From: Gemmatimonadota bacterium
GTDB lineage: Bacteria; Gemmatimonadota; Gemmatimonadetes; Gemmatimonadales; GWC2-71-9
NCBI GenBank assembly: GCA_041482275.1
Contig: JBGPDL010000002.1
Span: forward strand, 16,545 to 80,544
Reading direction: 5' to 3'
DNA length: 64,000 nucleotides
In this document: positions 54,411 to 64,000 of the stretch, one piece after another
Position numbering within the stretch: position 1 is the stretch's first letter
Layout: the number at the start of each line of letters is the position of its first letter
The notes under the pieces: model-generated
Seen by the model: only the letters and a program-made list of their open reading frames with translations
Told to the model about the DNA's origin: nothing
Database searches by the model: none
Position numbers and translations under genes: made by a program

Positions 54411-55041
54411 ATCAGCCCCGCGATCGCCTCCCGCAGCTCCTCAATCCCTTCGATCCGCCGGGCGCTGGTCGCGATCACCTGATCGTCGCCCAGCTCGAGC
54501 GTCTGGCGCAGCTCGCGCTCTCGCCGCCCGCGCCCGGCGCGCGCCAGCGTGTCACTCTTCGTGAGGACCACGAGCACCCGCGTGCCGCGCTCGGCGAACA
54601 GCTCCTGCATCGCGCGGTCGTCCGCGGACGGCTCGTGGCGGATGTCGAGCAGCCAGAGTACCCCGACGAGGGTGGGGCGCTTGAGCGCGTGGGTGATGAG
54701 GAGGCGGAACGCCCGGCGGTCGGTCTGCGACGCGCGCGCGTACCCGTAGCCGGGGAGATCCAGAACGTACAGGGAGCGGGGAGCAGGGAGCGGTTCCTGA
54801 CGCTGCGCCGGAGGGCACCGCTCCCCGCTCCCCGCTCCCAGGACATACACGTTCAGCATCCGCGTCTTCCCCGGCGTGCCGGAGATTTTCGCGATCCGTC
54901 GCCCCGCCAGGGCATTCAGCAGGCTCGATTTGCCGACGTTGGAGCGGCCCAGCAGGGCGATTTCAGGGAGGGCGGGAGCAAGGGAAACGTCGGCCCGGGG
55001 AAACGAGCCGAGGAAGCGGGGCTCGGCGGGAGCGGGGGGGG

Positions 55042-55045
<4 letters not shown>
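54392..55045 (-). CDS. engB: Ribosome-biogenesis GTPase EngB/YihA (start codon unresolved)
   Basis: C-terminal part of ORF 54392..56194. [20 protein letters not shown] (G1), DLPGYGYA (G3), TKSD (G4). There is no ATG/GTG/TTG between the clpX stop and the conserved N-region. Candidates are CTG 55045 (CTGA overlap) or GTG 55108. Confidence 0.8.
54772..54839 (-). repeat. Triple-heptad inverted repeat (23-bp stem) embedded in frame in engB
   Basis: + strand: 54772-54794 is GGGAGCG GGGAGCA GGGAGCG GT; 54817-54839 is AC CGCTCCC CGCTCCC CGCTCCC. 22 Watson-Crick pairs plus one A:C, which is U:G in the engB mRNA. 22-nt loop. Checked base by base. Confidence 0.9.
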
Positions 55046-56292
<1,247 letters not shown>

Positions 56293-56333
56293 CTGGCCCT
56301 AGTATGGGAAAGTCGCCCGGCGCGCGCAAGGCG

Positions 56334-56954
56334 TCACTTCTTCTTCCCGTCGTCGATCTGCTGGAAGTTGGCGATTACGTGGTCAATAAGGCCGTAGTCT
56401 TTCGCCTCTTCCGCCGACATGAAGCGGTCCCGGTCCATGTCCTTTTCGATCTGGTCCAGGGGCTTGCCGGTGTGCTTGGCGTACAGCTCGTTGAGCTTAC
56501 CGCGCAGGTACAGGATCTCGCGCGCCTGAATCTCGATGTCGGCCGCGGTGCCCTGCGTCCCGCCCGATGGCTGGTGCATCATGATCCGCGCGTGCGGCAG
56601 CGCGGAGCGTTTTCCCTTGCGCCCGGCGGCGAGCAGGAACGAGCCCATCGAGGCGGCCATCCCCATGCAGATCGTGTTCACGGGGGCCCGGAGGAACTGC
56701 AGCGTGTCGTAGATCGCCATCCCGGAGGACACGAGGCCGCCCGGCGAGTTGATGTACAGGTAGATATCCCGCTCGGGGTTGTCGGCGTCGAGGAACAAGA
56801 GTTGCGCAATGATGATGTTCGAGACTTCGTCGTTGATCTGCGTGCCGAGGAACACGATGCGGTCCATCAGCAGGCGGCTGAAGATGTCGTAGGTGCGCTC
56901 GCCACGGCTCGAGCGCTCGATGATGTAGGGCGGGTAGATCTGGTTCGTCGTCAC
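56334..56954 (-). CDS. clpP: ATP-dependent Clp protease proteolytic subunit
   Basis: C-terminal 206 aa of ORF 56334..57158, from GTG 56954 ([28 protein letters not shown]). GMAASMG active-site Ser and MIHQP-like MMHQP. The start overlaps the tig stop (GTGA). Confidence 0.93.
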   Translation of the reverse strand: MTTNQIYPPYIIERSSRGERTYDIFSRLLMDRIVFLGTQINDEVSNIIIAQLLFLDADNPERDIYLYINSPGGLVSSGMAIYDTLQFLRAPVNTICMGMAASMGSFLLAAGRKGKRSALPHARIMMHQPSGGTQGTAADIEIQAREILYLRGKLNELYAKHTGKPLDQIEKDMDRDRFMSAEEAKDYGLIDHVIANFQQIDDGKKK

Positions 56955-58198
56955 GTCTGCTCCACGGTGGATTGCGGGAGAAGGAACGCGAATACCTTCT
57001 CCTCGGTGAGGCCGCGCTCCAGGTCGCGCAGCCGCTTTGCCTTCTCGAGCGAGGCGCGGAGCTCGGCCGCCGGCACCCCGCGCCGCCCTGCCAGCTCCGC
57101 GAGCTTCTCCTCGAGCTCCGCTGCGGTCGCCCGCAGCGCGTGGTGGTCCACGACCCAATCGAGAATCAAGTCGCGCCGCACCTGCTGCTCGGCCACGGGC
57201 TGAAACTCGCGCGCGAAGTCGGGCCAGCGCTCTTCGGAGATCCCGTACGCCTGGGCGTAGACGTACAGCGCCCGCTCGACCAGCGGTCGCGGGGCCACCA
57301 CGCGATTCGCCTGCACAATCTGGTCGATCAGGTCGCGGCGCAGCTGGGCGTCGGCCTCGCGCGCCGCCTCCTTCTCCAGGTCCTCGCGCACGGCGCGGCG
57401 CAGCGCTTCGAGCGAGTCGAAGTCCCCTACCTCGCGCGCGAACGCGTCGTCGAGCTCGGGCAGCTGCTGCCGCTTCACCTCATGCAGGGTGATACGCACG
57501 TCGCGTGCCTGCCCCCGCTTCGCCTCCTCGGGAAAATCGCTCGGGAAGTGGACCGTGGCGTCGACCGTTTCTGCGGGCAGCAGCTGCATGATGCGCGCTT
57601 CGACGTCCGGGATCGCGCGCCCCTCCCCCAACACCAGCTGATGGGGCTGGGGATCCTTGACCGCGTCGCCGTCACGGGTCGCGAGGGTGACGTGCACCAG
57701 GTCCTTGGGCTTGGGCTTCTCCCCCGCCACGGGGGTCCACGGCGCCTTCTGCTCGCGCAACTCGTTGAGCTGGGCGAGCACGTGGTCTTCGGTGACCTTC
57801 GGCACGGTGCGCTTGAGCTGGAAATTCCCGAGGCGCTCGAGCGTGATATCGGGCTTCACCTCGACGTGGAACTCGAACGTGACCGGCGCCCCCACGTCCC
57901 ACTTGAGGTTGTGAATGTGCGGGTCGGCGATGGGCTTCAACGCTTCCTGCGCCAGCGCCGCGGTCCAGCTCTCGCGGATCAGCTCCTCGAGCGCGTGCTT
58001 CCGGATGTCTTCGGCGAACTGCTTCTTGACGAGCGCGGCCGGCGCTTTCCCCTTCCGGAACCCCGGCAGCCGGGCACGCCGCTGATAGTCGGACGTGGCG
58101 CGCTCCTCGACCTCGCGGACACGCTCCACGGGCACCGTCACCGCCAGGGAGGCGGCGCCGGGCTCTTCGGAGGTCTTCTTGATCAGGATGGCGGGCAT
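56951..58198 (-). CDS. tig: Trigger factor
   Basis: ORF 56951..58246, ATG 58198 preferred. [11 protein letters not shown] ribosome-binding signature. tig-clpP-clpX order. Confidence 0.9.
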   Translation of the reverse strand: MPAILIKKTSEEPGAASLAVTVPVERVREVEERATSDYQRRARLPGFRKGKAPAALVKKQFAEDIRKHALEELIRESWTAALAQEALKPIADPHIHNLKWDVGAPVTFEFHVEVKPDITLERLGNFQLKRTVPKVTEDHVLAQLNELREQKAPWTPVAGEKPKPKDLVHVTLATRDGDAVKDPQPHQLVLGEGRAIPDVEARIMQLLPAETVDATVHFPSDFPEEAKRGQARDVRITLHEVKRQQLPELDDAFAREVGDFDSLEALRRAVREDLEKEAAREADAQLRRDLIDQIVQANRVVAPRPLVERALYVYAQAYGISEERWPDFAREFQPVAEQQVRRDLILDWVVDHHALRATAAELEEKLAELAGRRGVPAAELRASLEKAKRLRDLERGLTEEKVFAFLLPQSTVEQT

Positions 58199-58251
58199 CG
58201 GGAAGAAATCTAACAGGTCCAGCGGGACACGCAGGGAGCAGAACATGCCAC

Positions 58252-58301
58252 GGCTAGACGCACAGACGCACAGCAGGAGAGTTGGGGGGTCGCGTCTAGC
58301 C
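58252..58301. other. 10-bp perfect inverted repeat with a tandem 8-mer in the left arm, in the DUF421-tig spacer
   Basis: GGCTAGACGC (58252-58261) and GCGTCTAGCC (58292-58301). AGACGCAC is repeated twice at 58256-58271. TTTT follows on the + strand only, whereas the flanking genes are on the minus strand. Confidence 0.7.
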
Positions 58302-58322
58302 TTTTCCCGTTCTGTCCCCTGC

Positions 58323-58844
58323 CTACGGATTCCTGCGAATCGCCCTGATGCGGTGATGCGGTCGGTCGCCCGCCCTGATATCGTCGTATCGCACCACGCT
58401 GATCGCCCCGTCGGGCTCGAGGACGGCGACCATCACGTCGTGCATGTTCGCCACGCCGTGCTCGCGCAGCGCCTGCTGCAGCTCTTCGCGCGTGATCCCC
58501 GCGCGGCGGCAGTGGGCCTCGAGGATCTTGCCGTCGTGGATCAGCATGATGCCTTCGCCGGCGAGCAGCTTTGCGAAGCCGCGGAACCTGAGCCGCCACC
58601 AGTCGACCACCCGGTGCCAGCCGATCAGCACGCCGGCAGCCACCAGCCCGCCCGCGAGGCTCGTGTCGGGCCCCACCATCGCGTTCTGCACCGCATTCGC
58701 GATGATGAGGAGCAGCACCAGGTCGAACGTGGACATCTGGCCGAGCTGGCGCGTGCCAGTCAGCCGCAGGCCGACGAGCAGCGCGAGGTATACGATCGAC
58801 GTCCGCAGCGCGACGTCGAGCAGGGTGTGCAGGGGCGCGGTCAT
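58323..58844 (-). CDS. DUF421 (YetF-like) membrane protein
   Basis: C-terminal 173 aa of ORF 58323..59486, from ATG 58844 ([43 protein letters not shown]). ATGA overlap with the S9 peptidase stop. Confidence 0.75.
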   Translation of the reverse strand: MTAPLHTLLDVALRTSIVYLALLVGLRLTGTRQLGQMSTFDLVLLLIIANAVQNAMVGPDTSLAGGLVAAGVLIGWHRVVDWWRLRFRGFAKLLAGEGIMLIHDGKILEAHCRRAGITREELQQALREHGVANMHDVMVAVLEPDGAISVVRYDDIRAGDRPHHRIRAIRRNP

Positions 58845-60934
58845 CGCGTGTCGTACAGCGTCGTCGGTTTCCCCTGCAGGTACCTGTTGAACCAGTTCAG
58901 GATGTGCTGCAGCCGTTCCACGCGATGCACCGGCTTCCCGGAGCGCGACAGCTCGTGCGACTCGCCGGGGAAGCGGACCATCACGGTGGTCTTGTGGAGG
59001 TACTTGAGCGCCCGGAACATCGCCTCGCCCCCCTGGTTGGGCGGTGCGCGCAGGTCCGCGTCGCCCAGGATGAACATGAGCGGAGTGGTGACGCTGTCGG
59101 CGTAGCGGACGGGGGAGCGCGCGAGGAATTCCTGCGGATCGCGGAACGGCGTGGAGCGGAACCACGTCGGCTGAAAGAGCGTGAAGTCCGCGGTGTACCA
59201 GAATCCCAGCCAGTCGGCCACGTCGCGCTGCGACACCGCGGCGGCGAAGCGGTGCGTGTGTCCCACCGCCCAGTCGGTGAGCAGCCCGCCGCCCGAGCCA
59301 CCCGTCACGCCCAGCTTGGCCGGGTCCACGTAACCGCGGCGGACCACCGAGTCCACCGCGATCATCAGGTCCTTGTAGTCGTCGCCCGGATAGCGGTACT
59401 GGATGACGTTGCCGAACTCCTGCCCGTACGTCGTGCTCCCTCGGGGGTTGGGATACACCACCACGTAGCCCTGGGCGGCCATCCACTGCATCTCGTGGAA
59501 GAAGATGTATCCGTAGGCGGTGTGCGGCCCGCCGTGGATGTTGAGGATCAGCGGGTACTTCTTGCCGGGCGTGTAGCCCACGGGCTTCAGGATCCAGGTC
59601 TCGATCTTCTTGCCATCGAAGCTCGGATACCAGAAATCCTCGGGCGTCACGAGCTTGAGCTGCGCGAACAGCGAGTCGTTGACGTGCGTGAGCTGGGTGA
59701 GGCGCTTGGTCCGGGTGTCGAGGGCATACACGTCGGGAAGATGGGTGGGATCGCCGATCGTCAGCGCGAATGCGCGGGCGTCGGGCGTCGCGGTGTAGGC
59801 GAGCACGGCGTGATCACCGGTGGTCAGCGCCGCGCGCGCGCCTGTCTGGGCGTCGAACCGCACCAGGTTCGAGCGCCCCCGCTCGGTGGTCGTCACGATC
59901 ACCGACCGCCCGTCGGCGGTCCAGATGTTGGGGCTCGACCCTTCGCCGCCGCGCGGCGGCGCCTGATCGCCCAGCACGCCGCCGCCCATGTCGAAGTCGT
60001 AGTCGGCGGTGAGGTTCTGAGCGCGGCCCGCCCTCCACACGAACAGGTCCGACTGATCGTACGAGCGCGCCGCTCGTGGATTGATCCAGCCCCGGAAGGC
60101 CACGGCCTTGCCGTCGGGGGAGAGCGCGGGCCCGAACACGGGGCCGTCGATGTTCACGACCGTGTCGAGCGCTCCACCGGCGGCGGACACCGAGTAATAG
60201 TTGTTGTCGGGCGCGTAATAGTACGACTCGGGCACGCGGTCGGAGGCGAAGAAAATCCGCGCGCCGTCCGGGCTCCACTGCGGGGCGTTCTCGTCGAATG
60301 CGCCGGACGTCACCTGATGCGCGGTGGCGGCCTTGTCGCCAGGCATGGCGGCCGGCACGGTCCAGATGTGGGCGTGCTCGGCCGGATCCACGTACCCCTC
60401 GTCGTCGCTCCGGTACTCGGCCAGGGTGATGACCCGGACATCGCTTTTCGGGTCGTCCTTCCTGTCCGGCTTGGCGAGGTCTTCCGGCGTGGTCGAGCTC
60501 GTGAACGCGATCGTTTTCCCATCGGGCGACCAGGCGGCCGGCCCGGCCCCCTTCGGCAGATCGGTGAGCGGTTGTGCCTCGCCGCCTTCGAGCGATAGCA
60601 GGTGGAGCTGTGGGTGGCCGTCCTTGGGGCGGAGGAACGCGAGCGTCGCGCCGTCAGGCGACCAGCGCGGTGCCCCGTCCCGCAGTCCCGCCGTGAGCCG
60701 GCGCGGGGCGGAGGCGCCGTCCGTCGCGACCGTCCAGATGCTCGTCTCGTAGCCGTCGTGCTTCGCGTTCACGGTCACGAGCGCATACGCCACCTGGCGG
60801 CCGTCCGGTGAGATCTGCGGGCCCGCCACCCAGCGGAACGCGAACAGATCGCTATCCCTGATGGCGCGCTGCTGCGCAGCGAGCGGCGCCGCGCCGCACG
60901 CCGTGGCGAGGTACGCGAAGACGAGCCGGCGCAT
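58841..60934 (-). CDS. S9-family serine peptidase (beta-propeller + prolyl oligopeptidase/acylaminoacyl-peptidase domain)
   Basis: ORF 58841..60934. Signal peptide, PD40-like repeats (SPDG...), catalytic GGSGGG (GxSxGG) and a C-terminal His region. Confidence 0.88.
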   Translation of the reverse strand: MRRLVFAYLATACGAAPLAAQQRAIRDSDLFAFRWVAGPQISPDGRQVAYALVTVNAKHDGYETSIWTVATDGASAPRRLTAGLRDGAPRWSPDGATLAFLRPKDGHPQLHLLSLEGGEAQPLTDLPKGAGPAAWSPDGKTIAFTSSTTPEDLAKPDRKDDPKSDVRVITLAEYRSDDEGYVDPAEHAHIWTVPAAMPGDKAATAHQVTSGAFDENAPQWSPDGARIFFASDRVPESYYYAPDNNYYSVSAAGGALDTVVNIDGPVFGPALSPDGKAVAFRGWINPRAARSYDQSDLFVWRAGRAQNLTADYDFDMGGGVLGDQAPPRGGEGSSPNIWTADGRSVIVTTTERGRSNLVRFDAQTGARAALTTGDHAVLAYTATPDARAFALTIGDPTHLPDVYALDTRTKRLTQLTHVNDSLFAQLKLVTPEDFWYPSFDGKKIETWILKPVGYTPGKKYPLILNIHGGPHTAYGYIFFHEMQWMAAQGYVVVYPNPRGSTTYGQEFGNVIQYRYPGDDYKDLMIAVDSVVRRGYVDPAKLGVTGGSGGGLLTDWAVGHTHRFAAAVSQRDVADWLGFWYTADFTLFQPTWFRSTPFRDPQEFLARSPVRYADSVTTPLMFILGDADLRAPPNQGGEAMFRALKYLHKTTVMVRFPGESHELSRSGKPVHRVERLQHILNWFNRYLQGKPTTLYDTR

Positions 60935-60937
60935 CGC

Positions 60938-62389
60938 TCAGTTCCCCGCAGGCTCGGGCACCGTGGGGAGCGGATAGGCGCTCCGCAGGGCCGCGAGATA
61001 GTCGTCGTACAGGCCCTTCAAGCCGTCGAACTCCCGCTTGACGGTGGCCCGATAGGGCGCGTCGGTGGCGAAGTGGTACAGCACGGCCGCCATGGTCTGC
61101 GCGTCCACTAGAAAGCCGTGGTGGCCGACCTCGCCGAGCGCGTCCGCTTCCATTTCAAAGGTGTGGTAGCCGCCGTTCGAGCTGTGGGCCGTGAGGCCGA
61201 CGCCCGGAATCTGGGTCGCGACGGTTCCCGTCTCCTCGTAAGGCAGCGGCCGCCCCGGCTCGTCGTCCACCTTGGTGGCGCCGAACTTCTTCATGTAGGC
61301 GAACGCCACGTCGTCCAGGGCTGCGACCGAGATCCCGTTGCGGGACGACGAGTCCACGTCGATGCGCACCTTGGTCCCCGTGGCGAGGGCCGCGCCGCGG
61401 GCCGCGTCGTTCACGCGGTCGGTGACCTGTGCCAAGTACACGGGATCCGGGTACCGGATCCAGAATTCCGCCACGGCACGATCCGGGACCACGTTCGGCG
61501 CCTTGCCCCCCTCGGTGATGATCCCCTGAATCCTGGTTTCCGGCCGCAGCGTCTTGCGCAGGCCGTCGATATGGTTGAACAGCTCGATCACCCCCATCAG
61601 CGCGTCCCGCCCGTCCCACGCCTGCAGCTGGTGCGCCGGTGCGCCGGAGAAGACGTAGTGCATGACGTTGATGTTCATGCAGCAGCTGCCGAATCCGGGG
61701 CCGGGCGCCTGCGTCGCGGTGGACGAGTGGGAGCGGATGAGGATGTCCGCGCCCTGGAATACGCCGGCGTCGTACATCACGGTCTTGGCCGCGGGCGACG
61801 CGAGCTCCTCCGCCGGCGTGCCGTACACCGTCACGGTGCCGGGCGTCTTCGAGCTGGTGAAGAACTCCGCCACCGCCACTGCGGCGGCGAGGCCGACCGG
61901 TCCCTGGGCGCTGTGCTGGTCGCCGTGGAAGTCGCGACTGGTACCGCGCAGCGCGTCGTATTCGACGATGACGCCGAGGCTCGGGCCGGGCCTGCCTTTG
62001 GCATAGCGCGCGACGAATGCCGTCTTCAAGCCCGCGACGCCGGGCTCCACGGTGAAATCGTGGGCCTTCAAGTAGTCGGTGAGGATCTTCACCGAGCGTT
62101 CTTCCTTGTGGCCCGTTTCGGGATGGCGTGTGATGTCGTCGGCCATCGCGAGCAGCTCGCGGTCCATCAGGTCTTTGGCGCGGGCCACCACTGCGTCCCG
62201 GCGCGGATCGCGCGCCGCGGTGAGCCGCGCCACGAGCGCCGGCAGGGCGAGCGACCGCTCGAGCTCGCCCATGCGGCGGATGACGGCGGCGGCGGCGGTC
62301 TTCTCGGTAGGCGTCTCCTGGGCGGCGAGACACGCGGCGGGAGCGGCGAAGCAGACGGCAAGGGCGGCGATCGAACGCACGCAACGCAT
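60938..62389 (-). CDS. M20-family amidohydrolase (AbgB-like), secreted
   Basis: ORF 60938..62470, ATG 62389 preferred (MRCVRSIAALAVCFAAPAACLAAQ). GTPAEE metal-site motif. Confidence 0.82.
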   Translation of the reverse strand: MRCVRSIAALAVCFAAPAACLAAQETPTEKTAAAAVIRRMGELERSLALPALVARLTAARDPRRDAVVARAKDLMDRELLAMADDITRHPETGHKEERSVKILTDYLKAHDFTVEPGVAGLKTAFVARYAKGRPGPSLGVIVEYDALRGTSRDFHGDQHSAQGPVGLAAAVAVAEFFTSSKTPGTVTVYGTPAEELASPAAKTVMYDAGVFQGADILIRSHSSTATQAPGPGFGSCCMNINVMHYVFSGAPAHQLQAWDGRDALMGVIELFNHIDGLRKTLRPETRIQGIITEGGKAPNVVPDRAVAEFWIRYPDPVYLAQVTDRVNDAARGAALATGTKVRIDVDSSSRNGISVAALDDVAFAYMKKFGATKVDDEPGRPLPYEETGTVATQIPGVGLTAHSSNGGYHTFEMEADALGEVGHHGFLVDAQTMAAVLYHFATDAPYRATVKREFDGLKGLYDDYLAALRSAYPLPTVPEPAGN

Positions 62390-62499
62390 GGGATCCCTCG
62401 AGTCGAGGTGGGTGACGCCGGCAAAGTTACGGGTCGGTTCGAGCGGCGCCAGCGCGGCGGCCGGCGCCATCTTGCCCCCCGCGGGCGCCGCATCATACC

Positions 62500-62955
62500 T
62501 TGGGTCTCGTGAGTGCCAAGATCGTGCTCAACGGCAAGGAGTACGACGGCATCGAGTCGATGCCGCCGGATGTCCGCAAGGACTACGAGGCGGTACTGGA
62601 GAGTCTCAAGACCACGGGAGGCGAGGAAGTCCTCTCCCTGTTGCAGCGCGGCGAGCGCGCGAGCATCAAGGCCACCTTCCGGGAGCTCGTCGTCAACGGT
62701 AAGAAATACGGCAGCGTCGAGGAGATGCCCGCCGACGTCCGGCGCATCTACGAGCAGGCCGTGGCAGGGATGGGCTCTGCCGCTGCCCCCCCCGCCGCGG
62801 GGCCGTCTGCGGCGCGCCAGTCGCGACCCGCGCTGCGACCGCCCCCCGCGGTCGAGGACCGCGGCGCGCGGGGCGGCGGTCTGCGGATTCTCTTCTGGAT
62901 GGCCCTTGGCGCGCTGATCGCCCTGTGGATCATGCGCCGCGGCCATCTCTTCTAG
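62500..62955 (+). CDS. Tail-anchored hypothetical protein with a duplicated ~30-aa module
   Basis: ORF 62500..62955. KIVLNGKEYDGIESMPPDVRKDYEAVL and ELVVNGKKYGSVEEMPADVRRIYEQAV, then a Pro/Ala linker and a C-terminal TM (LRILFWMALGALIALWIM). Start is TTG 62500 or GTG 62509. Confidence 0.5.
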   Translation: MGLVSAKIVLNGKEYDGIESMPPDVRKDYEAVLESLKTTGGEEVLSLLQRGERASIKATFRELVVNGKKYGSVEEMPADVRRIYEQAVAGMGSAAAPPAAGPSAARQSRPALRPPPAVEDRGARGGGLRILFWMALGALIALWIMRRGHLF

Positions 62956-63434
62956 CGGAGCAGATCCCGCGCGGACACGACGATGCCGTCGGGGTCCGCG
63001 TACAGCCAGTGCCCCGGCGTGAACGTGACGCCGGCGAACGCGACCGCCACCTCCTTCTCGCCCGCTCCGGCCTTGGCGCTCTTGCGCGGCACAGCGGCGA
63101 GCGCCCGGACGCCGACGGCCAGCCTCGCGATCTCGGCGGAATCCCGCACGCAGCCGTTCACCACGATGCCCGCCCACCCATTGGTCAGGGCGAGCTGCGC
63201 CAGCCGCCCGCCGACGAGCGCACAGCGCGTCGAGCCCCCACCGTCCACCACGAGGATGCGGCCGCCGCCGGCGGTCTCGAGCACTTCGCGAACCAGGGCG
63301 TTGTCGTCGGAAACGCGGACCGTGGCGATCGGCCCGTGGAAGGTGGGGGTGGCCCCGAAGTCCCGGAACAATGGCACCGCCGCGTGGACGGCGTCGCCGA
63401 AAGCGTCGCACAGGTCGGCCGTGCTGAAGCGCAT
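62952..63434 (-). CDS. rraA: RraA-family protein (RNase E regulator / 4-hydroxy-4-methyl-2-oxoglutarate aldolase fold)
   Basis: C-terminal 160 aa of ORF 62952..63581, from ATG 63434 (MRFSTADLCDAF...ILVVDGGGS...GWAGIVVNGCVRD). Confidence 0.85.
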   Translation of the reverse strand: MRFSTADLCDAFGDAVHAAVPLFRDFGATPTFHGPIATVRVSDDNALVREVLETAGGGRILVVDGGGSTRCALVGGRLAQLALTNGWAGIVVNGCVRDSAEIARLAVGVRALAAVPRKSAKAGAGEKEVAVAFAGVTFTPGHWLYADPDGIVVSARDLLR

Positions 63435-63469
63435 GGAGATGGCAAACCGAACAGCGGGCCGCGGCGCCG

Positions 63470-64000
63470 TCAAGTGCGGACGAGCAGCTGGCCTGCGCGC
63501 TCGGTGGCTTTGACCACCGCCTTGATGAGGGTGACGCGCAGCTTCCCATCCTCCAGTTCGAGGATACCATCGATCGTGCACCCGGCGGGCGTGGTGACTG
63601 CATCCTTGAGCAGGGCGGGGTGGTCGCCCGTTTCGAGCACCATGCGCGCCGCGCCGAGCATGGTCTGGGCGGCGAGCAACGTGGCGACGTCGCGCGGCAG
63701 ACCTACCTTCAGCCCCCCGTCGATCAGCGACTCGAGGATGATGTACAGGAACGCGGGGCCGCTGGCCGAGAGCCCCGTCACGGCATCCATCAGCTTTTCC
63801 TCGACCACCACGGTGCGCCCGACGGCCTGAAACAACGCCCGTGCCGTCTCCAGGTGCGCCGCTCCGGCGAACCGGCCGGCACAGAGCCCTGTCATCCCGG
63901 AGCCGACCGCGCAGGGAGTGTTGGGCATCGCCCGCACCACCGGGATCTCCGCGCCGAGGTGCTGCTCGATGTACTGGGTGGGCACCGATGCGGCCACGGA
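63470..64000 (-). CDS. proC: Pyrroline-5-carboxylate reductase, C-terminal part (gene continues past the right edge)
   Basis: ORF 63470..63997. VRAMPNTP...GLSASGPAFLY...VTTPAGCTI motifs. The frame is open to the window edge. Confidence 0.85.
   Translation of the reverse strand, partial: SVAASVPTQYIEQHLGAEIPVVRAMPNTPCAVGSGMTGLCAGRFAGAAHLETARALFQAVGRTVVVEEKLMDAVTGLSASGPAFLYIILESLIDGGLKVGLPRDVATLLAAQTMLGAARMVLETGDHPALLKDAVTTPAGCTIDGILELEDGKLRVTLIKAVVKATERAGQLLVRT

Noticed and set aside
62425-62465. tRNA-like T-arm string GGGTCGGTTCGAGCGGC in the spacer upstream of the M20 amidohydrolase gene
   Set aside because: The flanking bases do not form a T-stem, and no acceptor, D or anticodon arms can be drawn. 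I found no tRNA anywhere in the window.

Overview
This is a visibly high-GC (roughly two-thirds G+C by eye, not computed), almost fully coding chromosomal segment. It comes from a diderm bacterium, judging by Omp85-like, porin-like and many lipoprotein genes; the phylum cannot be assigned from sequence alone. I can support about 66 protein-coding genes and no rRNA, tRNA, CRISPR array, transposase, integrase or phage genes. Many long entries in the ORF track are antisense or alternate-frame shadow ORFs, which are typical of high-GC DNA, and several real genes start well inside the listed ORFs, so I re-derived those starts from the sequence.

Gene content, left to right:
- A tightly packed 10-gene minus-strand operon: gpmI, a small OM barrel, a tungstate/molybdate-type ABC permease and ATPase, a PTPS-like gene, fdhD, a CoA-binding protein, mobA, mobB and moeA.
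- An SH3b-repeat protein, a small DUF2281-like protein and guaB.
- Two paralogous APC amino-acid permeases flanking a membrane LytTR regulator.
- nrnA, an MBL hydrolase, an M20 peptidase, a disrupted P460-like gene, apbC/mrp, a MATE pump and a SAM hydroxide adenosyltransferase.
- An ECF sigma factor with a soluble ZAS anti-sigma factor.
- A quinone-tailoring set: ubiE/menG, ubiD-like, ubiA-like and ubiX.
- DinB and yfcE-like genes.
- A three-gene envelope operon of unknown function.
- mutM, purD, an M48 peptidase and a Cys/Met PLP enzyme.
- REC-HD-GYP, a PGM/PMM (glmM-like) gene, glmS, dtd and maf.
- trpE followed by an FHA-GAF-adenylate cyclase.
- An Omp85-like OMP, an orphan GspE/PilB ATPase fused to a receiver domain, NUDIX, an alkyltransferase-like (ATL) protein and a GAF-PAS hybrid histidine kinase.
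- A porin / FMN_bind / 4-TM / ApbE operon.
- engB, clpX, clpP and tig.
- DUF421, an S9 peptidase and an M20 amidohydrolase.
- rraA and proC (partial).

Most unusual observations:
1. Two unrelated-in-sequence but geometrically identical 23-bp hairpins, each arm made of three tandem heptads. One lies in the ubiA-ubiX spacer. The other is embedded in frame inside the essential GTPase gene engB. In both, the non-Watson-Crick positions are G:U wobbles only in the sense transcript.
2. A translationally coupled porin / flavinylatable FMN_bind protein / His-bearing 4-TM protein / ApbE operon behind an AT-rich, Fur-box-like promoter region.
3. An orphan secretion-type ATPase-REC fusion in a signalling-rich neighbourhood.
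4. A Moco/tungstate operon whose ABC transporter has no binding protein but does have an OM barrel, plus a PTPS-fold protein lacking its catalytic Cys and His.

All functional calls are from my own reading of motifs. No database search was run.
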